From the NCBI GenBank assembly GCA_041651055.1, contig JBAZJW010000001.1, forward strand, positions 373,325 through 437,324: DNA of 64,000 nt. Direction: 5' to 3'. Positions 26,391 through 36,334 of the stretch are shown in pieces (within the stretch, counting starts at the first letter, position 1; each line of letters opens with the position of its first letter). The notes below the pieces were generated by a model, which saw only the letters and a program-made list of their open reading frames with translations, was not told where the DNA came from and made no database searches. The stretch comes from Minisyncoccota bacterium (GTDB lineage Bacteria; Patescibacteriota; Minisyncoccia; Phycocordibacterales; UBA5272). Both the position numbers and the translations under genes were made by a program.

Positions 26391-26456
26391 TAAATATTTA
26401 TTTGTATTTATTGTATTTCCTTTATGGACTTTCGACTTTATAGACTTTTAACTAGT

Positions 26457-26903
26457 CTAGTTATGGTGGTACTTCTCTCCTTTTAGAATAGTAAAGGCTC
26501 TGTAGAGTTGCTCCACGAGAATCACTCGCACAAGCATATGAGGAAAAACAAGGTTGGATAATTTCCATGTGTAATTCGCACGTTCCATGATCATGTCTGA
26601 TACACCGTAGGCCCCACCAATAATAAATAGCATTCGTCTCACAGAATCCACCATGCGATTTTCCACCAACTCTGCCAAGGCTTCACTTTTTATATCCCTC
26701 CCTTTTTCGTCAAGCAGCACCACATAATCTTCTTTCTTAAGGAGTGACATTATTTTTTCCCCTTCTTTTTCCTTCGTACTATCGTGTGGGATATATATCC
26801 ATTCAATGGGCACATATCGTAAAATACGCATTTCAAAATGCTTAATTATTTCCTGCGACAGGTCATCTTTTTCTTTTCCCACGCTCATTATGGCGAGTTT
26901 CAT
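26457..26903 (-). CDS. rlmH: 23S rRNA (pseudouridine1915-N3)-methyltransferase RlmH
   Basis: SPOUT-fold C-terminus IIGGAYGVSD...WKLSNLVFPHMLVRVILVEQLYRAFTI. Confidence 0.8.
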   Translation of the reverse strand: MKLAIMSVGKEKDDLSQEIIKHFEMRILRYVPIEWIYIPHDSTKEKEGEKIMSLLKKEDYVVLLDEKGRDIKSEALAELVENRMVDSVRRMLFIIGGAYGVSDMIMERANYTWKLSNLVFPHMLVRVILVEQLYRAFTILKGEKYHHN

Positions 26904-26945
26904 TATGCTATACTCTACGACATATAGACGAACTAGGCAACCCCT

Positions 26946-27962
26946 ATGACACGACGAATCACCCTTTCATTCACCTTTTACACGATGATCATAAGCACTA
27001 TGATTATTCTTATTTTGTTCATAGGAATGAGTTTTGCTGGATACAAACTGTACAAAAAAGTACTCGCTACCGAGGCAGCGCAAAAAGCAATTCTCGAAAC
27101 ACAAGATAAAGAACGCCTCGCCCAAGAACAAAAAGCTGAAAGCCTTTTACAGACACAACAGCAAGCCCTTGATCAAGCAAAGGCAGAACTTGTACAAACC
27201 AAAACAGAAGCAGCCAAGACAAGCGCTCAAATAAAAACACTCAGTAAGACATTGGATGAACAAGTAAAAGCTCCAAAAGATATTATCATCTCATCGTCTG
27301 ATCTCTCATCCTATGTGACAGGCGTCGTACAAGTAATCTGTGCGAACCCAACAGGTATATCAAGTGGTAGTGGTACTTTGTGGACATTTAAAGAAGTACC
27401 ACATGCTGTCGTCACGAATTATCATGTAGTGAAGGATGCGACCAAGTGTGCTATTTCTATCACCAACAGTGCGAACGCTACGACAGGACTCTTCGCTGTA
27501 AAAGGCTCAATACTGACATTTAATAAAAATACCGATGAAGCTATTCTTGAAATAGGGGCATCTATCTCACCGACGAGCGTGCCACTTGATAATTACAATT
27601 ACGCACTCTCCAAGCTTCGTCAGTGCACCACAAATATGGCCGTCGGCTCCCCTACCGTTATCATAGGTTACCCCGCATATGCAAAGAGAGATTCAACTAT
27701 CACAGTGGACTCTATCGGTACGGTTAATGTAATTTATCGTACGACAACCAACGGGATTATTTCTGGATACGATACATCACAAAAAGGAGAGCCGAACTAT
27801 TTCGTCTCTGCAAAAATAGATAACGGAAACTCAGGCGGTATGGCTATTGCTAAAGATTCTTCTGGCCTCTGTATCTTGGGTCTTCCAACATGGCTCACGG
27901 TGGGTAATTACGAAACGCAAGGTCTCGTTCAAAATATAAAAAATATACTTCCCGCAAATTAA
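26946..27962 (+). CDS. membrane-anchored trypsin-like (S1) serine peptidase
   Basis: N-terminal TM helix, Q/A-rich coiled segment, then TNYHVV (catalytic His), D.AIL, GNSGG (catalytic Ser). Confidence 0.65.
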   Translation: MTRRITLSFTFYTMIISTMIILILFIGMSFAGYKLYKKVLATEAAQKAILETQDKERLAQEQKAESLLQTQQQALDQAKAELVQTKTEAAKTSAQIKTLSKTLDEQVKAPKDIIISSSDLSSYVTGVVQVICANPTGISSGSGTLWTFKEVPHAVVTNYHVVKDATKCAISITNSANATTGLFAVKGSILTFNKNTDEAILEIGASISPTSVPLDNYNYALSKLRQCTTNMAVGSPTVIIGYPAYAKRDSTITVDSIGTVNVIYRTTTNGIISGYDTSQKGEPNYFVSAKIDNGNSGGMAIAKDSSGLCILGLPTWLTVGNYETQGLVQNIKNILPAN

Positions 27963-27988
27963 AATATAGATTCTGGTATACTGCTCTT

Positions 27989-29170
27989 ATGATTTTACTC
28001 GCCATTGAAACAAGTTGCGATGAGACCGCTGTGTCCATTGTAAAACGAGTACGAGGTAATCGTCTCCGTTTTGAAGTACTGTCACACAAAGTACTATCTC
28101 AAACAGATCTCCACGCAGAATACGGAGGAGTTTTTCCCATGCTCGCAAAACGTGAACATGCGAAAGCGCTCACCCAGCTCATAGCGGAATGTCTCGAAGA
28201 GGCAGACCTTCTTGTTGAACGTGCGAATACCTATCACATTCCAAACACCGAACGTAAAAAATTAGAAACACTTTTTGAACGTGAACCGGATATGCTTGCA
28301 GCTATGAAGATTCTTTTTGAAGGAATACAAAAACCAGCAATCGACGCGATAGCGGTCACCCAAGGACCAGGACTTGAGCCAGCGCTATGGGTGGGCATCA
28401 ATGGTGCTCTTGCACTCCATATGGTGTGGGATGTCCCATTGTATCCAATAAATCACATGGAAGGCCATATTATGGCCAGCACGTTATCTCACAAGGACGG
28501 TGTGTACGAAATGCCAGAAATCGCCTATCCGGCCTGTGCGCTTCTCATTTCTGGAGGACATACAGAGCTCGTACGTATTGCTAAACTTCGTTCATATAAA
28601 GTGATAGGAAAAACACGTGATGATGCTGTTGGTGAAGCGTTTGATAAAGCAGCTCGCATGCTTGGACTACCTTACCCTGGAGGCCCAGAAATATCTCGCC
28701 TTGCCGAACATGCTCGTAATGAAAGTCTTGTCGTTGATGAAGACCTTCGACTACCTAGGCCCATGCTACACAGTGGCGACCTAGCCTTTTCATTTAGTGG
28801 ACTGAAAACTGCGGTACTTGTGCGTGTAAATAAGAGGCAACCCCTTAATGATGCGACGAAGAAAATGCTCGCACTTGAATTTGAAAATGCAGTAACCGAT
28901 GTGCTTGTTACAAAAGTAAAACAAGCTATGTATGAATTGCGTGCCGAGACACTTATTGTCGGTGGTGGGGTGAGTGCGAATACACACATACGAGAAGCAC
29001 TGCTGTCGCTTTCTGAAAGCGAAAATTTTACACTCTTTGTTCCAGAAAAATCCCTATCGACAGACAACGGCCTTATGATCGCAGCAACAGGGTTACTTCA
29101 CGTCGCCGTAGATGTCGAATCAAAAGTAAAGCTGAAAGCGAACGGAGCGTGGTCAATAGAGAACAGTTAG
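27989..29170 (+). CDS. tsaD: tRNA N6-adenosine threonylcarbamoyltransferase TsaD (Kae1/YgjD)
   Basis: ILLAIETSCDETAVSIV N-terminus, HMEGHIMAS metal site, GGGVSAN. About 40 aa of insertions relative to the typical length. Confidence 0.85.
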   Translation: MILLAIETSCDETAVSIVKRVRGNRLRFEVLSHKVLSQTDLHAEYGGVFPMLAKREHAKALTQLIAECLEEADLLVERANTYHIPNTERKKLETLFEREPDMLAAMKILFEGIQKPAIDAIAVTQGPGLEPALWVGINGALALHMVWDVPLYPINHMEGHIMASTLSHKDGVYEMPEIAYPACALLISGGHTELVRIAKLRSYKVIGKTRDDAVGEAFDKAARMLGLPYPGGPEISRLAEHARNESLVVDEDLRLPRPMLHSGDLAFSFSGLKTAVLVRVNKRQPLNDATKKMLALEFENAVTDVLVTKVKQAMYELRAETLIVGGGVSANTHIREALLSLSESENFTLFVPEKSLSTDNGLMIAATGLLHVAVDVESKVKLKANGAWSIENS

Positions 29171-29174
29171 GGGA

Positions 29175-29204
29175 AGTTTTTAGTTTCCAGTTTTTAGTTT
29201 TTAG
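29175..29204 (-). promoter_or_regulatory. A-rich AAAACT box, copy 5 (minus orientation, no downstream -10 found)
   Basis: Reverse complement of the 27-mer, directly after the tsaD stop and facing back into tsaD. No TATACT follows on the minus strand. Confidence 0.4.
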
Positions 29205-29222
29205 AAAAATACACAGACTAAT

Positions 29223-29270
29223 AACAAGGGGTACCCTTGTAGTCCAAATTTACAAGGGTACCCCTTGTTA
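29223..29270. terminator. bidirectional hairpin between convergent genes
   Basis: AACAAGGGGTACCCTTGTA-N9-TACAAGGGTACCCCTTGTT, a 19-bp perfect inverted repeat. Confidence 0.5.
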
Positions 29271-29742
29271 TATGATACAGAGACGAAAGAAAAGCGATAT
29301 CTTACGATATCGCTTTTCTTCTGCCTCGCACCCAATTGTGGTGAGCGTGGCATGCTCCAAAGATAAATGCCTTATGTGAGCGCGGTCGCCCACCGCAATT
29401 GCTTGCGAGGGGGTTCCACAGGATCCAGTTTACAATTTTTAGTTTCAAGTTACAAGTAAGCTAGTCCATAAAGTCCTTAAGGTTTGTAAAGTCTACAAAG
29501 TAATACAAATACTTTAAGCGCCATTTCAGGTCTAAAATTGTACCGAATACGAGGCGGTGAATATTTTTTCGACTAAGACGTACAAGAGTACGTTGCATGG
29601 AGAAAAAAATATTCACCAACAAAGTAGGCGGTATGATTTTAGACCTGAAACGTAAATGGCCATCTTTCGATGACCATTTGCGCAGGCATTCATTTATCTT
29701 GTAAGCACACCGTTTACGCGGCTCACGTATATGAGTGTACTA

Positions 29743-31962
29743 CTACTTTTTACCTGGAGCAAGTAGTTGCTTGATATACGCATCTACCTGAGCACTGTAT
29801 TCTGGATTCGTACGCTTCACTTCTGCAAGAAGCTCGAGAGCAAGAGGTATCTGTCCTGTTGTTACGACGGCGTTTAAGATGTCGCCATCAAACGGTACAG
29901 TAAGTCCACTTTCTTTAATGTGCGCACGAGCATCTTTGAATGAACCCGCATATACAGCTGTTAGGACATACCACTTTTGTGCATCAGGATAGATTGGCTG
30001 AAGATCATACACTTCACGTGCGAGTGCGTACGCTTCCGTATACTTACGTTGCATCAAGTACGAACGAATAAGATCAAAAGATATGAGCTGTTTTTTCGGA
30101 GCAATTACGTGCGCCATTCCGATGACCTGTTCTCCAGAAATCGCATCTCCAATACCGTTGTAAAACATTCCATAAATAGTAAGCATGCGCACATCTTCTT
30201 TGTGTGCAGAAAGTGATGCTGTCACATCATCACGAACGGCTTTGATGAAATTATTAATCGCCTGAGTACCTGCTTGCTTGTCAGCAGCTGGTGTTTCTGC
30301 TGGAATATTCACCTGAGAAAGACGCACACCCATTTGAAGAAACTGTTCGCGTGATTCTTCGCTACCAAGTGTATGGAGAGCGATGGCACTTGTGAACGCC
30401 TCCTGCTGTATTTTTATCGCATCCGCAAACGGCATCTTTTGCACAAGCTGACCAACGCTCATCCCTTGAATGAGAAGTGTATTCACAAGGTATGGACGAT
30501 AGTTAACGAAGTATAGTGTCACGAGGAGAACGACACCAACAATTGGCATCCAGATATAATTCATCTGTTCTTCTGTTACAATCCCTTTACTGTGATGCGC
30601 CACCTGTCCACCTTTTGTTCTCATCACGATGTATGCAAGTAATGCGAAGAAAAGAATGTAACTTGTTAAGTTATCAAACACGAAAATGTTGTGAACAAAG
30701 TATCCAACAAGCGCACCTGTAAGGATTGCTTTTTCACGAGTAGGCATATCGTGTTTCTTACTTCTCCACATAAGCGAAAGTGCTACGACGTACAGCGACA
30801 AGTATGAGAGTAGGCCAAGGATTCCAGCTGCAACAAGCCAGTCGAAGAACACGTCATGAGAACGGTCATACCATGGCTCGAGATTCCACATCTTTTCAGG
30901 CATAAACTTTCGAGCATAAATATAACTAAAATTATCTTGTCCGTATCCGAGTATTGGTCGTTCAAGAAACGCTTCATAACTAATCGTCCAAATAGAAAGA
31001 CGACTCATGCTTGTAAGTTCTGTTGGTGAAATACTTGCGAGACGAGCAAGTGTCGGTGTTGATTGTACAAATGAACTATTCTTAAATGTTACGAGTGATC
31101 CCACGAGAATAACAACAGCAACAAGCACTCCGGCAAAAACTTTTCGTGCATGCCCTTTTTCTCGCCATGCAATAAGCCCAATCGTTACCATTACACCTGC
31201 GACGAGTCCGATCATCGTCCCTCTCGTACCAGAGTAAAAGAGTGCAATCAAGTTAAGTGCGATAAGTACCGGATATCCCCATGCACGTTTTGCATTCGGT
31301 GTCTGTGACCAGAGTAGTGCTGCAATAAATGCGAACATGAGACAATAAATAGCAAAGTATGCGGAGTTTCCAATCGTTGCATCGAGTCGGTTTTCACTTT
31401 GGTGAATCGGGAATCGTGCAGAGAACCATGCTCCAAGTTCTGGGAGTTTTTGTGCAAAGATGTATCCTTTCGCTCCGAACATTTGTCCGTAACCATAAAT
31501 AAGCACGAGAAGGTTTGAGGCAAAGAATACCTTAAACATTTTCTGCCAGTCCTTAAGTGTTGGGAGCATTGCCGTAAGTACAAAGAAATATGCAAAGAAG
31601 TGAATGTGGCCAACGAATCCTTCCATGCGTTCATAATTACTCCACATACTTCTTTCTCGATCGACACCGAAAATATCCGCAAGCAAAAGTACAACCATGA
31701 AAATCGCATACGCAATAGTCAGTGGTGACTTCTTGAGATTCGGACGGTAGGACACATCACGCAGTGCGAGCAGTGCCCATCCAGCAAATGCAATTTCTAC
31801 AAGAACTCTAAAAACGAGATTCTTGCCAGAAATAAATGGGAAGTAAAGTCCCGATGTTCCCCAGTTGAGAAAATCAAAAGTTCCTCCGTCGGCTACATAG
31901 AGCGCCAAAAATGGAATAAGTGCAAGCGAAACCCAAACTATTTTTTTAATAATACTTTGCAT
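29743..31962 (-). CDS. O-antigen-ligase-like polytopic membrane protein with a C-terminal TPR/soluble domain
   Basis: 739 aa with more than 12 TM helices, including a Wzy_C-like segment (YSGTRGTMIGLVAGVMV), then a ~250-aa hydrophilic tail with TPR-like repeats. Confidence 0.5.
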   Translation of the reverse strand: MQSIIKKIVWVSLALIPFLALYVADGGTFDFLNWGTSGLYFPFISGKNLVFRVLVEIAFAGWALLALRDVSYRPNLKKSPLTIAYAIFMVVLLLADIFGVDRERSMWSNYERMEGFVGHIHFFAYFFVLTAMLPTLKDWQKMFKVFFASNLLVLIYGYGQMFGAKGYIFAQKLPELGAWFSARFPIHQSENRLDATIGNSAYFAIYCLMFAFIAALLWSQTPNAKRAWGYPVLIALNLIALFYSGTRGTMIGLVAGVMVTIGLIAWREKGHARKVFAGVLVAVVILVGSLVTFKNSSFVQSTPTLARLASISPTELTSMSRLSIWTISYEAFLERPILGYGQDNFSYIYARKFMPEKMWNLEPWYDRSHDVFFDWLVAAGILGLLSYLSLYVVALSLMWRSKKHDMPTREKAILTGALVGYFVHNIFVFDNLTSYILFFALLAYIVMRTKGGQVAHHSKGIVTEEQMNYIWMPIVGVVLLVTLYFVNYRPYLVNTLLIQGMSVGQLVQKMPFADAIKIQQEAFTSAIALHTLGSEESREQFLQMGVRLSQVNIPAETPAADKQAGTQAINNFIKAVRDDVTASLSAHKEDVRMLTIYGMFYNGIGDAISGEQVIGMAHVIAPKKQLISFDLIRSYLMQRKYTEAYALAREVYDLQPIYPDAQKWYVLTAVYAGSFKDARAHIKESGLTVPFDGDILNAVVTTGQIPLALELLAEVKRTNPEYSAQVDAYIKQLLAPGKK

Positions 31963-32069
31963 ACGTAATAACTATTTTTAATAAAGATTACCTTTTAGTG
32001 TAACATATATAGCTCGTTGCAAGCAGTACGTAAAAGACCAAAAAGAGCCTGTAATGGTATACTGAAACC

Positions 32070-32111
32070 TAGCAAGGCGAGGCCTTGTAGCTACAAGGCC
32101 TCGCCTTGCTA
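32070..32111. promoter_or_regulatory. 42-bp perfect palindrome in a divergent intergenic region
   Basis: CTAGCAAGGCGAGGCCTTGTAG|CTACAAGGCCTCGCCTTGCTAG, ending 11 nt upstream of the GT32 ATG. Confidence 0.5.
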
Positions 32112-32121
32112 GACTACCATC

Positions 32122-32820
32122 ATGATTCCCAAAATAATCCATTACTGTTGGTTTGGTGACAATCCTAAAAATGAGGAGATTCTTGACTGTATCGAAAGTT
32201 GGAAAAAAACCTGCCCAGATTTTGAAATAAAAGAATGGAACGAACTCAACTTCCCTCTTGAGCAATTTCCTTTCGCTAGCCGCATGTACAATGAAAAAAA
32301 ATGGGCCTTCGTTGTGGACTACGTACGTCTCGATATTCTGTATCGTGAAGGCGGCTTCTACCTTGATACCGATATGTTACTCTTGCAGTCTCTCTCACCC
32401 CTCACTGAGCACACCTGCGCGCTCGGTGAAGAATCTGTCGGAGTGATCAGTGCAGGAATGATAGGGGCAGAAGCAAAGAACCCTTTTATTGCTGCGTGTA
32501 AGAAATTTTATGATGAAGATCCGAAAGGTCTCGTCACTATTCCCCGCGTACTTTCAACGGTATACGAAACATACACCGACAAAGAATCTCTCACTGTCTA
32601 TCCACCGAAAACATTTTATCCATTTAACAGCGAGCACATCAAAGAATTTCATGGGCAAAAACTCGGACCAGATGTTGTCGGTGTACATTTATGGCACTAC
32701 TCATGGGGAAGCCCACTGAATAAGTTTTTCAAAAAAATTGGCATCTATAGTTTTGGTAAAAGAGTCACAGAAATTCTTGGTATTAAACCTTTGCTTAAAA
32801 AGCTCTTCGGTTTTATCTAA
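32122..32820 (+). CDS. glycosyltransferase, GT32-like (DXD sugar-binding region)
   Basis: IPKIIHYCWFG...W.....P.FE..EW N-terminal signature of PF04488; LDTDM DXD motif. Confidence 0.65.
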   Translation: MIPKIIHYCWFGDNPKNEEILDCIESWKKTCPDFEIKEWNELNFPLEQFPFASRMYNEKKWAFVVDYVRLDILYREGGFYLDTDMLLLQSLSPLTEHTCALGEESVGVISAGMIGAEAKNPFIAACKKFYDEDPKGLVTIPRVLSTVYETYTDKESLTVYPPKTFYPFNSEHIKEFHGQKLGPDVVGVHLWHYSWGSPLNKFFKKIGIYSFGKRVTEILGIKPLLKKLFGFI

Positions 32821-32825
32821 TACCC

Positions 32826-33596
32826 ATGCGATTCTCCATCATCACCCCCACCTACAAACGTGCAGATCTTTTGACTCGTGCAGTCGAGTCTCTTCTTCGT
32901 CAAACCTACACTGATTGGGAAATGATTATTGTGAACGACTCCCCTACTGATATGTCGTACACAGCGTTTGCTTCATCTATTAATGACGCCCGCATTCATT
33001 ATCACGTCAATGAAATAAATAGCGGTGTGAACTTCAGTCGCAATCGCGCGCTTGATAATATCACCATAGACTCTGATTGGATTATTTTCTTAGACGATGA
33101 TGACTACCTCGCACCAGACGCACTAGAAACATTCTATGATCTCATTCTTTCAAAACAAGAAGCAAAGTGGCTCGTGACCAACCGTGCAAAAAAAGATGGC
33201 ACACCGCTTACACTCTTCCCTAAAGACGATAACTGGTACTCATACGCATGGCAGTACCTCATTCTCAAACGCTGTAAAGGCGATGCAACACACTGCATCG
33301 ACACCAAGACGGTCAATGCCATCAGATTCTCAAAGCATGTAAAACAGGCTGAGGAATGGTTCTTTTTCTATCAACTCGGACTCCACCAGAAGTTTTTCTA
33401 CCATTCACACAACAGTACCATCACTGATGGTTATGATGCGAAGGCCGGCCTCAATTTCCGCAAGCGCACTCGTGGCGAACAGTTCGAAACACTTTCCATT
33501 CTCGGCTACGAAGGCCTCGCTCTTGGCATTCTCTACCATCCATCCTTCCTCGTCTACCTCACCCTTCGTCTTATTCGTATTGCATTAAAGCCGTAA
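32826..33596 (+). CDS. glycosyltransferase family 2
   Basis: FSIITPTYKRADLLTRAVESLLRQTY...DDDD. Confidence 0.7.
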   Translation: MRFSIITPTYKRADLLTRAVESLLRQTYTDWEMIIVNDSPTDMSYTAFASSINDARIHYHVNEINSGVNFSRNRALDNITIDSDWIIFLDDDDYLAPDALETFYDLILSKQEAKWLVTNRAKKDGTPLTLFPKDDNWYSYAWQYLILKRCKGDATHCIDTKTVNAIRFSKHVKQAEEWFFFYQLGLHQKFFYHSHNSTITDGYDAKAGLNFRKRTRGEQFETLSILGYEGLALGILYHPSFLVYLTLRLIRIALKP

Positions 33597-33705
33597 ATAA
33601 TTACGGAAGTTGCGCCTCTACAAGGAAACCACAGATCTCCTAAAACTCTATTTCTGAAAAGAAATAAGCTATACTCTTCTAGAATAATAAACAACATAAC
33701 GCACC

Positions 33706-34530
33706 ATGAACCAAGAGCCTCTCAAAGTTAGAATCAAGCTTCTTTTAAAGAAAATATTGCCTGTAATTATTTTTAGTTTAATTCTAAAAATATGGCGATC
33801 TACACTTTCAAAGATATCTAGTTCTGGTGATACGAAAATTGTTGAAACATATACAAAAGAATTTTTAGCAATTCATGGATACAGTGTTGTTGGTGGGCCA
33901 TTTAAAGGTATGAAATACATACATGAAGCTGCTGGCAGTGGATATCTCATAAAACTCATCGGGGTCTACGAAGAAGTGCTTCACCCAATAATTAATTTGG
34001 CTGTATCTAGGGAATACACTACGATGATCGACATAGGGTGTGCTGAGGGGTATTACTTAGTCGGTATTGGAATGAAAAGCAAAAAGACAAAACTGGTAGG
34101 GTATGATATAGACAAGAAAGCCTTAGATCTTACAAAAGAACTCTATACTCTTAACAGGCTTACAAACGAACTCCTTCTTCTAGAAGACTGTACTCCCAAG
34201 GACTTAAACAGTCGCATCGACGATAAGACGTTTTTGATATGTGATGCGGAGGGTTTTGAAGAAGAGATACTCAACCCTACGAGTTCCCCTGCCCTTCTTG
34301 AGGTTCAAACACTACTCATCGAGCTTCATGAATTCGTTGTCCCTAATGTTAAAAAGGTACTCATACATCGTTTTGAGAAAACCCACAGCATTGAAACCGT
34401 TGTATTTAAAAATGGCAACCCTAATAATTATCCATTTCTAAAAAAGATTACCAATAAAACAGACCTCTATACCCTCCTCCGTGAACGAGGTGAGCAAGAA
34501 CAAGAGTGGCTAATCTTAGAAAAGAGATAA
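33706..34530 (+). CDS. class I SAM-dependent methyltransferase
   Basis: MIDIGCAEGYYLVGIG (motif I) ... VGYDID (motif II). Confidence 0.5.
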   Translation: MNQEPLKVRIKLLLKKILPVIIFSLILKIWRSTLSKISSSGDTKIVETYTKEFLAIHGYSVVGGPFKGMKYIHEAAGSGYLIKLIGVYEEVLHPIINLAVSREYTTMIDIGCAEGYYLVGIGMKSKKTKLVGYDIDKKALDLTKELYTLNRLTNELLLLEDCTPKDLNSRIDDKTFLICDAEGFEEEILNPTSSPALLEVQTLLIELHEFVVPNVKKVLIHRFEKTHSIETVVFKNGNPNNYPFLKKITNKTDLYTLLRERGEQEQEWLILEKR

Positions 34531-34620
34531 TTCTGAATATACTAAAAGTTGTGTTAAAATTAAGACCACATTAGTGAAATAAAGACAATTTTGTACTCCC
34601 TTGCCTAAACAAAAACTACT

Positions 34621-35421
34621 ATGAAAAACAATCTCGTCATCGGTTCTGATGGTTTTATTGGAAAGCCTTTTTGTGATTTTTTAGAAAAAAAAGGTGAAGC
34701 AGTAACTCGTTTTGATATAAAGCGTGGAGCAGAAGAAGATGCTCGAATATCCATATTACCCCTTGAAGACATTGACTGTGTTTATTTTCTTGCGTGGGAT
34801 GTTGGTGGTGCAAAATATTTATACAAAGAAGATGCCCAGCTCGGTCAATTAGACTGGAATCTGAAACTTCTTTCCAACGTAATGACACAACTAGAAAAGA
34901 GTAAAAAACCTTTTCTTTTTATCTCGAGTCAACTTGCAGAAGAGCATGATACGGTTTATGGTGTAACAAAAAGATTAGGTGAAGTTTGGACCAGAATTAT
35001 TGGTGGCACGTTCATTAGGCAGTGGAATGTATACGGGCCAATGGAAGAAGAAAGTCTTCGAAGTCACGTGGTTGCCGATTTTGTCCACCAAGCATTAACT
35101 ACAAAAGAAATAAAAATGATGACGACAGGTGAAGAAAAGAGGCAGTTTATATATATTGACGATGTTTGTGAGGCTTGGTACAAAGCCCTAAATGAAAAGC
35201 ATAAAGGAATACATGATGTCACAAGTTTTGAGTGGGTAAAAATTATAGATATTGCAAATATTATAGGCAAGTTAACAGGTGCAAAAGTAATACCAGGAGA
35301 AAAAGTTGGATCCACGCCAATAACACCGATAAAAGGCAAGATTCCGGGATGGTCCCCTAAGGTAGAACTAGAGGAGGGTCTGAGGAGAACTATTGAGTTA
35401 TACAAAAAAATAAATGAATAA
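34621..35421 (+). CDS. NAD-dependent epimerase/dehydratase (SDR)
   Basis: LVIGSDGFIG Rossmann motif; YGVTK catalytic YxxxK. Confidence 0.7.
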   Translation: MKNNLVIGSDGFIGKPFCDFLEKKGEAVTRFDIKRGAEEDARISILPLEDIDCVYFLAWDVGGAKYLYKEDAQLGQLDWNLKLLSNVMTQLEKSKKPFLFISSQLAEEHDTVYGVTKRLGEVWTRIIGGTFIRQWNVYGPMEEESLRSHVVADFVHQALTTKEIKMMTTGEEKRQFIYIDDVCEAWYKALNEKHKGIHDVTSFEWVKIIDIANIIGKLTGAKVIPGEKVGSTPITPIKGKIPGWSPKVELEEGLRRTIELYKKINE

Positions 35422-36223
35422 AGTAATATCAATTATCACTCCAACTTTTAACAGTGAGAAGGCTCTCGAAAAATGTCTTCTCAGTGTTAAAAAACAGACA
35501 TACCAAAACATTGAACATATTGTTGTGGATGGTCTTTCGACAGATGGCACTGTGGAAATTTTAAAAAGATATGAAGGCACCTATAATTTAAAATGGATAT
35601 CAGAAAAAGACTCTGGAGTTGCCGATGCGATGAACAAAGGTTTTAACCTTGCGACCGGGGAAGTTTTTACATGGATTGATTCTGACAACTATTACTTAGA
35701 GGGTACTTTTATCGCAGAAGTGATGGCGGCTTACAACAATGACCAAGACGTTAACATGGTCTTAACAAACTGCCTATCTCAGTATGAAACCTCTGAAAAA
35801 AGAACTCTTGTAAATCCACAAAAAGTAACGTATGCCAAACTCTTAGCGGAAGGCAGTATGTTTACCCCAGAGTGTGTTTATTTTAGCAAAGATCTATTTT
35901 TTAATGCTGGAGGATTTAACCTTAAGAACAAGCTTCTTGCGGACTATGAGTTATGGCTAAACATATTCAAACAGAACCCGAAGTACGTAAAGTTACCAAT
36001 ACTTTCTACGGTGTATGTTTCAAATGAAGATTCATTACTTCACAGAAAACCCATTCTTGCCTACAAAGAAATGCTTAGAATAGGAAAAGAATATCACAGA
36101 GAAAGATTGCCTCAGATAATAATCTGGATAAACTACTATATATTTTTAACAAAATACCCATTTCTAAAATTTATCAAACGCCACAAGATTTTAAAAGATT
36201 TTTTTGTAAAGTATTTCCGGTAA
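35414..36223 (+). CDS. glycosyltransferase family 2
   Basis: ISIITPTFNSEKALEKCLLSVKKQTY...VVDGLSTDGT. Confidence 0.7.
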   Translation: MNKVISIITPTFNSEKALEKCLLSVKKQTYQNIEHIVVDGLSTDGTVEILKRYEGTYNLKWISEKDSGVADAMNKGFNLATGEVFTWIDSDNYYLEGTFIAEVMAAYNNDQDVNMVLTNCLSQYETSEKRTLVNPQKVTYAKLLAEGSMFTPECVYFSKDLFFNAGGFNLKNKLLADYELWLNIFKQNPKYVKLPILSTVYVSNEDSLLHRKPILAYKEMLRIGKEYHRERLPQIIIWINYYIFLTKYPFLKFIKRHKILKDFFVKYFR

Positions 36224-36334
36224 AAGCAGAAAAACTATTAAAGAGAAGTTTTTTGGGTACTGATTAAGGTTGACATTAATCAGAATACATGCCATAGTTT
36301 TATTCGTAAGTTCAATAAAGAAAGGAGAGCAACT

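Noticed and set aside
28672-29067. 131-aa minus-strand ORF inside tsaD, and similar antisense ORFs at 11626..12153 inside ftsA and at 12580..13059 and 12660..13178 inside ftsZ
   Set aside because: Fully nested antisense to strongly supported conserved genes. Low-complexity S/T/R-rich translations typical of the reverse frame of coding DNA.
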